Virus record (IMG/VR): IMGVR_UViG_3300033121_000493
Coordinates: 32,001-96,000 of that record
DNA: 64,000 bases
Strand: one strand, 5' to 3'
From: a virus
Taxonomy: Duplodnaviria > Caudoviricetes
Shown here: in pieces, positions 55,803 through 63,300 of the stretch
Layout of the letters: every line of letters begins with the position of its first letter
How positions within the stretch are numbered: the first letter of the stretch is position 1
The notes under the pieces: model-generated
Databases searched by the model: none
Seen by the model: the letters and a program-made list of their open reading frames with translations, nothing else
Told to the model about the DNA's origin: nothing
Position numbers and translations under genes: made by a program

Positions 55803-56043
55803 TAAAAGATCTACAAAGTTTTTTCACTGTAATAACAACTACATAATACACACGGCGCGTGACCAATGTAAAACTAGCAAAAAGCGAGCCCATAGACACT
55901 TTCTCCCAGAGTAAATGGTAACCACCGCTTACAACTGCACTACGGAATTTAGAATTAGACATCAAACACTCCGGCAGCCATGCATTTTTCACGAAGTATT
56001 TTATACTGACTATATATTGTGTTTTCAACGCGCGCTTGAACAT
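55771..56043 (-). CDS. Small hypothetical array protein
   Basis: True start probably MSNSKF. Confidence 0.45.
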   Translation of the reverse strand: MFKRALKTQYIVSIKYFVKNAWLPECLMSNSKFRSAVVSGGYHLLWEKVSMGSLFASFTLVTRRVYYVVVITVKKLCRSFIESDSLSDAQ

Positions 56044-56215
56044 GGTGTCTTGTGATGTAAACTCTGTCTGGCGCGTGTATATCGCACAGATTTAACGGTA
56101 AAATTCGCCAAGTGTTAGAAAAAACTAGACCGTCAGGTACTACTAGCATGGTTTGCAATTCGTGTAGTTTTAGATCAAACCGTAGAGAGAACCCAACACC
56201 ACAGCACTTAGGCAT
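55955..56215 (-). CDS. Small paralog-array protein
   Basis: KCCGVGFSLR, compare KSLDVTFSLR. Confidence 0.55.
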   Translation of the reverse strand: MPKCCGVGFSLRFDLKLHELQTMLVVPDGLVFSNTWRILPLNLCDIHAPDRVYITRHHVQARVENTIYSQYKILREKCMAAGVFDV

Positions 56216-56437
56216 TTATCCCATACCATTCGTCATGTGCCATAAAATATTATGACACTCGTCAAATAATGATATAAGGTTACGGGTCACAATGTTTAAG
56301 CGAATAGTGCTGTACGTAAGAACCTTTACATCAATCCAGAAGCTGCCAGTGCGTGGATCAGGATCACACGCTACTGCAGCGCCAACATATGAATACCCAA
56401 GGACGATGTATATCTCTTGATTACAAAACTTAGCCAT
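56216..56437 (-). CDS. Small paralog-array protein (QEI subfamily)
   Basis: Recent duplicate of 56430..56648. Confidence 0.7.
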   Translation of the reverse strand: MAKFCNQEIYIVLGYSYVGAAVACDPDPRTGSFWIDVKVLTYSTIRLNIVTRNLISLFDECHNILWHMTNGMG

Positions 56438-56648
56438 TCGTCATGCGCCATAAAATATTATGACACTCGTCAAATAATGGTCTATAGTTACGGGTCACAA
56501 TGTTTAAGCGAATAGCGTTGTACGGAAGAACCCTTACATCAATCCAAAGGACGCCAGTGCGTGGATCAGGACCGCATACTACTCCAGCACGGCCAACATA
56601 TGAATACGCAAGGACGGCGTATATCTCTTGACTATAAAACCTAGCCAT
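56430..56648 (-). CDS. Small paralog-array protein (QEI subfamily)
   Basis: YSQEIYAV...WIDV...MTNG. Confidence 0.7.
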   Translation of the reverse strand: MARFYSQEIYAVLAYSYVGRAGVVCGPDPRTGVLWIDVRVLPYNAIRLNIVTRNYRPLFDECHNILWRMTNG

Positions 56649-56850
56649 TCGTCATAAACCGTATAGCGGCGTTACACTTACGGACTACTAGACTATTGTT
56701 ACGGTCCGCAATGTCTAAGCGGGCAGAGAAACAATAAGACTTAAATAAACGCACATCAATCCATAGGCAGCCAATGTCCGGCGTGCAGCCAAAGTCCACT
56801 GTAGCATCATTAGAGCCTATAACGGTAATGGCTATCTCTTGACTCTTAAT
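56641..56850 (-). CDS. Small paralog-array protein (QEI subfamily), ATT start, not in ORF track
   Basis: GGAG-N6-ATT AAG AGT CAA GAG ATA; ...LWIDVR...RLDIADRN...MTNG. Confidence 0.6.
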   Translation of the reverse strand: MKSQEIAITVIGSNDATVDFGCTPDIGCLWIDVRLFKSYCFSARLDIADRNNSLVVRKCNAAIRFMTNG

Positions 56851-57106
56851 GAGCTTCTCCTAACGACTTTGTCAATAGGCGAATATAGCGTCCAAGTGTC
56901 CTGGTAATAGGCGAAAATTCATTAAAAGCCCAATCCCAGTCAAACATATTATTTGCGCGTATACAGTTCCGTACAATATGAAATATGCCTAATGAACAGT
57001 CATCCCACGAATATACGCTACCATTAAACCCCAAACCACCACCATGCTGAGTATATGTGGCACCGCCAACGTTAAGCATAATTTCACAACTGGTAAATGA
57101 TGGCAA
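56846..57106 (-). CDS. Small paralog-array protein
   Basis: FTSCEIML. Confidence 0.55.
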   Translation of the reverse strand: MPSFTSCEIMLNVGGATYTQHGGGLGFNGSVYSWDDCSLGIFHIVRNCIRANNMFDWDWAFNEFSPITRTLGRYIRLLTKSLGEAH

Positions 57107-57326
57107 TCAGCCTCCTAGCTGCCATTCTAGCGAGTGGAATTACATCTCTATACGTGTGTGGAGTAATATTCATACCAAATCTAATATCTAACGTGCGAAC
57201 TATAGGCCTTACGTCAATGATGTATAGACTATCGTCGTAAGAGGCTGTCGCTAATGACAATACGCGCGGCGCTGTAATCGTAGGGTACAGCGTACATGTA
57301 ACCTCACACGACTTAAAATTTGTCAC
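57084..57326 (-). CDS. Small paralog-array protein
   Basis: FKSCEVTC...YIIDVR. Confidence 0.55.
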   Translation of the reverse strand: MTNFKSCEVTCTLYPTITAPRVLSLATASYDDSLYIIDVRPIVRTLDIRFGMNITPHTYRDVIPLARMAARRLIAIIYQL

Positions 57327-57543
57327 TAATCTGCTTCCACACGTCTATGAAAACACTACTACAAGTATCTACGTTATCCGGTCGTATGAATCTTGTTTGT
57401 AAATCACTCCAACAAACAAGCTCTAGCTGTACAAAGTAACTATCGATATAGTAACCGCGCCAGGTGTGTACTACTCGCACCCATCGTTCTGTAGAAGCAT
57501 ATAGCCGCCGTACGGCGATATCACGACTAGACCCGTCAGCCAT
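57313..57543 (-). CDS. Small paralog-array protein
   Basis: SSRDIAV. Confidence 0.55.
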   Translation of the reverse strand: MADGSSRDIAVRRLYASTERWVRVVHTWRGYYIDSYFVQLELVCWSDLQTRFIRPDNVDTCSSVFIDVWKQISDKF

Positions 57544-57847
57544 ATAGCTGTCCAGTATTACGGAATTGGATACGACAAGCGGCAGAAGACATATGTGCTG
57601 CTATTGCCCTACCATAAAAATCGGCAAACAAATTACTAAACGCTATACATTGTAACGAGACAAGTAGTGCCGGTGGCGCTGTACGGTAGATGTCAACAAT
57701 CGGTGGCCGTATAGTACAATCATCCTCTGGCTCTGATACTAACATTTGTATTCGTAGCACAAGGCTACAAAATTTATTTCCAGCGTCTGGTTGCACCCAC
57801 CAAGCCCCAAAAAAGGATTCGATCAAGAATACTACGAAAGCTTGCAC
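57536..57847 (-). CDS. Small hypothetical array protein
   Basis: True start probably internal (near KFCSLVLRI). Confidence 0.4.
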   Translation of the reverse strand: MQAFVVFLIESFFGAWWVQPDAGNKFCSLVLRIQMLVSEPEDDCTIRPPIVDIYRTAPPALLVSLQCIAFSNLFADFYGRAIAAHMSSAACRIQFRNTGQLYG

Positions 57848-57992
57848 TCAGTGGTGCGTTGTCAAACAAATCACTTCTAGTCATATACTCCATAGCTATA
57901 TACATTCTTTCTTCGTTGTCGTGACTGCGATCACGCTTTACAAAAAAACTATTATTAGCGGCCCTAACAGCGTAACTGCGGCATTTATGCAT
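57774..57992 (-). CDS. Small paralog-array protein
   Basis: KCRSYAV. Confidence 0.5.
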   Translation of the reverse strand: MHKCRSYAVRAANNSFFVKRDRSHDNEERMYIAMEYMTRSDLFDNAPLSASFRSILDRILFWGLVGATRRWK

Positions 57993-58221
57993 AAAGTTTA
58001 AGCCACATAGCCTTTGTTACCCTGCCACACAACATAGTAACAGTAGGCGTTATCGCCTCGGGTAGATCTTCATCAAAGAAGACATCGACGACTGTGCGCC
58101 GTCCTATTAAAATGGTCTTTGTGGCAAAAGGATGTGCCTGCCAAAGAGCAACTGCGGGCTGATCAATACGGTGTACTTCCAGTATCAATGCAGTAACGTC
58201 ACAACTAGGGTTAAAGCTCAA
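57985..58221 (-). CDS. Small paralog-array protein
   Basis: PSCDVTAL; GGGGAG SD. Confidence 0.55.
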   Translation of the reverse strand: MSFNPSCDVTALILEVHRIDQPAVALWQAHPFATKTILIGRRTVVDVFFDEDLPEAITPTVTMLCGRVTKAMWLKLYA

Positions 58222-58430
58222 GGCTCCCCTCGTATATGCGTCTCAATATGATACATAGTGAGTTCTCGGTGCGGATAGGACGGTTGTTAATTAGAGATCT
58301 TGGGGATGGTACACAATAAACCACACAGAACACGCCTAGTATCAAGGTTTTGTGTTCGTATTTGTATACGCCTACAGTATCGTCAGAGGCGAAGCCTGAT
58401 CTAGTATATATTGCGACGCCGTGTTAACAT
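58211..58430 (-). pseudogene. Degraded array member
   Basis: Open frame HGVAIYTRSG...ILRRIYEGSLEL* preceded by an in-frame TAA; the nearest ATG is out of frame. Confidence 0.45.
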
Positions 58431-58682
58431 TCTTTTTAGTAAAATCTCTATCATATATTCTGTCATAGTCAGGAGGTGTGGGACTGGTCGCCACTTAGAA
58501 TTTGAAACGCATATTTCAATTGCCACATACTTGAAATCCATATTCACGTAAAAATAGCACTGGCGTCTATTACGCTCTGCGCCGTCATTTTTGTATATGA
58601 GGTCGTGGTATACGTCTACACATAAACTAGTTTTACGAGCTCTGCGGCTGCGCAAATAGTCTTCCAGTGTTTTCGTCGCCGT
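58401..58682 (-). CDS. Array protein (extended subfamily), probable ACG start
   Basis: GGGAG-N6-ACG GCG ACG AAA; TKTLEDYL...KTSLCVDV. Confidence 0.5.
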   Translation of the reverse strand, partial: TATKTLEDYLRSRRARKTSLCVDVYHDLIYKNDGAERNRRQCYFYVNMDFKYVAIEICVSNSKWRPVPHLLTMTEYMIEILLKRMLTRRRNIY

Positions 58683-58708
58683 ATTGTTCTCCCGGCTGCA
58701 GCAGGTGC

Positions 58709-58975
58709 TTAGCGGTGAGGCCGTAAAGTCACGTACGCACAATCACATACTTTACTAGCTACACGTCCTACGGCAATCATAACATTTAATGAGGCGATGG
58801 GTTTCAAAAGAAAACCACCGCGTAGATGATTCATTTTAATTACTACATTATCTCTAGTTGCTTGTGCGTAAGTAAAATACGCACCACGAACCATCTCCCG
58901 CCACTCAGCTGTGCTAACAGTACGCCAATCGACTGGAAAAACAATATCAACGCCTACGCTACGTTCATAGCACAA
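58709..58975 (-). CDS. Small paralog-array protein
   Basis: RSVGVDI. Confidence 0.5.
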   Translation of the reverse strand: MCYERSVGVDIVFPVDWRTVSTAEWREMVRGAYFTYAQATRDNVVIKMNHLRGGFLLKPIASLNVMIAVGRVASKVCDCAYVTLRPHR

Positions 58976-58981
58976 AAGGGT

Positions 58982-59269
58982 TTAGTCCTTTGATAGGATA
59001 CACCGCTTTACACTGTCTAGTACAGCACGCTCAGGCTGCAGCGACTCAATCAGATAGTTGCGTACAATTTCGCGAAATAGCGTAAAGCGATTGGGTATGT
59101 CTATAGCTGTTATTTCAATATAAAAAATAGCATTCAGTGGGGTGAGATGCACCGCTGTTGTAGTCACCGAGGTAACACAACGTACTCTATGTATATAGAC
59201 AGGTGTTGCTTTTTCAAACGGTCGTTTAGATAAATATGCACGTAGTCTTTTTATACTAGTCATCGGCAA
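58982..59269 (-). CDS. Array protein (extended subfamily)
   Basis: IKRLRAYL...YIEITAI. Confidence 0.55.
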   Translation of the reverse strand: MPMTSIKRLRAYLSKRPFEKATPVYIHRVRCVTSVTTTAVHLTPLNAIFYIEITAIDIPNRFTLFREIVRNYLIESLQPERAVLDSVKRCILSKD

Positions 59270-59532
59270 CTAAGAAAATTGTTTAAACAATAGTCTGTGC
59301 TATCTAATACCGCGATACACCGCCTTCTTATCAAGTGGTTAATTTGCCGCAAATAACTAGGCCTTGTGCCGCCACCTACACAACAATGTAGTCTAATCGT
59401 TATTTCGCCAAACACGCTTACGTCTCCGATGCATGCTGTAGCCGGATATGGTAGCCACGCGCTGTATACCACGTCTATTGGACCAACTTTTCTAGGTGTA
59501 GATAAAAAATTTTTTAGTTGCGGTGTTTGCAT
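59260..59532 (-). CDS. Array protein (MQT subfamily)
   Basis: MQTPQLK; TGATG coupling. Confidence 0.6.
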   Translation of the reverse strand: MQTPQLKNFLSTPRKVGPIDVVYSAWLPYPATACIGDVSVFGEITIRLHCCVGGGTRPSYLRQINHLIRRRCIAVLDSTDYCLNNFLSCR

Positions 59533-59807
59533 CAATTTCTTTTTGGCTGTTTTAAGCACTGTAAAGCAGATTTTGCTACATCAGCACATACAGAGCGTAG
59601 CCTATTTGTAATCCGCCGCGCGACGCTAACCCTGACAAAGTTGACACCCGTCCAGCGTAGCTTGATTACGAACACTTGTCGAAGCATATATACGCGCGTA
59701 GAACTAGTGTCCGCATAAGTTATGGAATTGTTTAATTCTTGCGAAGCACTTATTTCGATAGACTCTCTGTGCACAGGCTGAAAAGATTTTAATGCTGGTG
59801 ATTGCAT
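59532..59807 (-). CDS. Array protein (MQT subfamily)
   Basis: MQSPALK; TGATG coupling. Confidence 0.6.
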   Translation of the reverse strand: MQSPALKSFQPVHRESIEISASQELNNSITYADTSSTRVYMLRQVFVIKLRWTGVNFVRVSVARRITNRLRSVCADVAKSALQCLKQPKRN

Positions 59808-60088
59808 CAATCGTGTCTGTAGTCCCGCAAACATCGATACATACTTTCTATTATGTCTCCGCATAAATTATGTATGTAACGTGTATATGAAACCGTCGAC
59901 GAATAGTAGTAATCGTTTATGCAGTATAACGTAATTTCTATCCTGGTATTATACGGGTCTATAGTACCGACGCATCCATTATTTTTGCATTCTCGTAACG
60001 TCGGACGAACAGTATAGGCGATGTCTATCACTAACGATTTTTTCCACTGCGGATTAGACATATAGCGCTTTAATGCCAGCGTTTGCAT
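59807..60088 (-). CDS. Array protein (MQT subfamily)
   Basis: MQTLALKRY...WKKSLVIDI...IEITLYC. Confidence 0.6.
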   Translation of the reverse strand: MQTLALKRYMSNPQWKKSLVIDIAYTVRPTLRECKNNGCVGTIDPYNTRIEITLYCINDYYYSSTVSYTRYIHNLCGDIIESMYRCLRDYRHD

Positions 60089-60096
60089 TACTCTTC

Positions 60097-60360
60097 TTAC
60101 AACTCGTAGAAGTCGGGGTCTATACGTTTTACTAAATTTCGGCACCAAGTGCGTAAAGTACTCATAGCCTGTCGATTCCTGGACCGTAAAATGTAACGAT
60201 CCAAACAGTATAGCTTAATTATTAATCTACTGCTACGAAATCCGTCTATATCGCCAATACACGAAAACCGAATATCCCTACGCGCAGACTCGCAGATAAC
60301 CTGTATATCCCAAGACTTTTTGCCATTAGCCCTGTAGTATTTTAATTCTGGTGTCTGCGT
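60097..60360 (-). CDS. First array member, overlapping the RNAP 3' end, ACG start (not in ORF track)
   Basis: GGAG-N6-ACG CAG ACA CCA GAA TTA AAA, i.e. (M)QTPELKYY..GKKSWDIQV...LIIKLYC. Confidence 0.55.
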   Translation of the reverse strand, partial: TQTPELKYYRANGKKSWDIQVICESARRDIRFSCIGDIDGFRSSRLIIKLYCLDRYILRSRNRQAMSTLRTWCRNLVKRIDPDFYEL

Positions 60361-63300
60361 TTATTTCTCCACGTCTGAACGCCGCTATAGCGTCCGCTTT
60401 GGTAGCAAATGTTTTTGCTTCATGTGCGCTTTGATCGTGAGTAGCCCTAAATAGCCCGTGCAAAAATTCCTGGATAGGTGCATAGTGCACGTCAAAATTT
60501 CTAGCACTGAGTAAATTAGCGCTAGGCATAAGCTTACGCTTAGCTTCACTGACAGCTTCATCACTGACAGGCACGTGGAACTGCATTCTGTCACCGTCGA
60601 AATCAGCGCCGTAGCCACTGACGATTGTAGGGCTTAGCTGCATGGTTTGCGTTTTAGCCAACACAGGCCACGCAGCCATTATTCCGAACTTGTGTAGCGT
60701 AGGAGCTCGGTTGATGAGTACCGGACGCACTTTCATTTCTTCAATCAAAGCGTCCTTAGCAATTCTATCTTTGTTGGCAACCATATTAACAGCCTGTACG
60801 GCAGGAGTACCCCGTCTGACCAACGACCTAATGATAAATGGTCGGTATAGAGTCCATGCTTTCTCTTCTGGCAAACCTACTTGATCCATGTCTAGCGACG
60901 GGTTTGGCGTAATAACAGCGCTACCGACCATGTCAGTTGTGCTGCCTATGATCTTACGCTGAAACACTGAAAACTTTGGCGACGACCGCAGTCCTAGCGC
61001 ATGCGACAAAATGCCTTTTATGTTCTTCTCTTGTAACTTTGGCTGCAGCGGATCTGACAATCCGACCAGTGCCTTGAACGAGCTGTACAACGCTAAACGC
61101 TCGTCACCTGCGGCTTCGTGGCCTAACGTATCTGTTACGTCCTTTACGTTGTTGTTAGCACGTATGATCTCTTTGTACAAGTAGTTAGGGTCACTAACTA
61201 TTGTCATACCTTTAGGCCCAGTTGCGATAGGCCGATACTGAGGCGGCATAATAGGTACTTTAGTCAGCATCAGCTCTTCTGGCTTAATGCCTGTTTTCTT
61301 TAGCATTGTAAAAACGCGCAACCGCTTAATAGCGTCGTCGCGGTTTGTTTTTGATCCATTAGTGACTAGATCTTTTAGTCGATCAATCTCGCTGTGTACG
61401 TTGAGAGACTGTAGCGCGCTACGCAATGCTTCCGGCCCTGTCTTTTCTTTAAGCATGCGTTTACCGGCTATAACATCTTCCAACTGACCTTCAGTAAGCC
61501 CCAGCACTTTACGGATAGAATCTTCGAAAACAGGATTTGGTAATGGGTGATTAAGATTAACGTGCGTAAACCCTGTCCCTTCAGGACCACCAGTTAAACC
61601 TATATCAAACAACCCACCACTTATCGGCTTCATCGTATCGAAATCAAGAGTATCGTCGCTCTTGACTTCGCCTCTAGACATCTTGTCTATGTCTTTATCA
61701 GTCAAAGCCATGATGTTTACGAAGTTACCGGTCTTGCTAACATTGATGCCAGCAGACCTTAAATCGTCCATAAACTTCTTGTACACGAATGGTGCTTCTG
61801 GTGTTGGCGGCGGATACCCCAAACGAAACGCACGCCAGAAATCGTCATTTCGCTGCCCGCGTATGAGCTTAGCATCACGCAGTACTTCAGTAGCACCAGC
61901 AGACAATAATGACATTGTCTCTAGCCCACCTATACGCTTGGCAGAGCCTTCACCACCTTTAGCAGGAACTTTGTCAATAGTGTATGAACCGTCGTCTGCA
62001 CGAGCGTCGGCTTTGTCTTCTGCAGTATGGTGTAGTTTCATCCAGTACTGCACGCCAGACAACACATTATTCACATTAGCGTTTCTATTTGGATCAAATA
62101 GAGTTTCAGTATCCTTTATGCCGTATTTCTTTAGCTCGTCCTGTACAGTCTTTAGATTACTTCCATCTTGGAAAGACGGTACAACATATTTTTTACCTAA
62201 CTTAGCTGCTACCTTACCAAGCGCGAGCTCAAGTATGGCCGCAGGGTTAGATCGAGAGATAGTACCAAACGGATGGATTAGCAACTCTAGCGGATTTTTA
62301 TCACTATCGTGCGGCATTTGATCATCAGGTACTATTGATGAAATAACACCTTTACCGCCGAAGCGCATCGTTAGCTTATCACCAACCACACATGGTCGGT
62401 ACGCTTTTACGATAACGTTTACATCTTTTGGTCCGGCATGTACATCTGTAACTATTCCGTCGTCATCGTATTCCCACACGTGCGACGAATCCATAAATCT
62501 AGCTTTGCTACTGCGCGTTAATACGCCTTGACCCTTAGCAGATTTTTCAGAAATACTAAGAATCAGGGGATCACCCTTCTTCACAACAGTTCCTGGTTTG
62601 ATTAAACCGTTGTCTGTAAAGTTCGCTAGCTGAGCTTTATTGTACGTTGTAGGAAACGCGCTGATAAATGCATTCCTACTAACTTTCTGCCCAGGCTCAA
62701 TGTCCATTGAATGCTGGTACATATGCTCAGACGCCATTTTCTTAGCGGCGCTCTCGCTAACAACAATGGCATCTTCTACGGTAAGACCTTTGAACGGTAA
62801 GTAAGCAGTGCGTAAATTTTTGCCTAACGCCAACTCACCTTCGTCATTTGTGAAATTTGTTTTAGCCAGTAACTGGCCAGGTTTGACATAGTCACCTGGC
62901 TTTACCATAGGTGTATTGTTTACAAACCCACGTCGATTATACGGAAAATTATCGTACAGTTCGTAGCGTTTAATGCCGTTGGGAGTTTTGATACTGATGC
63001 TATCTTTATCCAACTTAGTAACTATTCCAGTTGCATCAGATCTGACTATGCCAGTTTTGCTGCCTAAGAATCTTTCAAAAGAATCATTAGGCTCACCAGA
63101 TGGCCTGCTTGTCTGAACAAACGGTGCTTCGCCGTCTTTGATCGCTAGAGCTTGCGTTGCCATTCTGGCTACCATGTTAGTTCTGTGGCCCTTGATGGAC
63201 GACAGAAACGGCACAAGGTGCGCCAACGTAGACATCATGTGCTCTGGATGCGGGAGCTCGTAGTCAACTTTGCTTGGATCTACGTACTTAATGCGACCGC

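Larger units (their letters stand above)
1971..61422. repeat. Dispersed 12-bp palindrome GTAGCGCGCTAC
   Basis: Exact copies at 13340, 16171, 30259, 37254, 41024, 46195, 50916, 61411; one-mismatch copies at 1971, 3980, 7695, 7729, 10530, 24664, 32173 (found by eye, list may be incomplete). Confidence 0.8.

Noticed and set aside
47502-60360. Diversity-generating retroelement or integron as the source of the array
   Set aside because: No reverse transcriptase or integrase, no template/variable repeat pair and no attC-like repeats in the window; differences between duplicates are not adenine-specific. A trans-acting enzyme outside the window cannot be excluded
47502-60360. Stop-codon reassignment fragmenting long genes
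   Set aside because: Consecutive ORFs change frame and repeat the same N-terminal motif; core genes end normally at TAA, TAG and TGA
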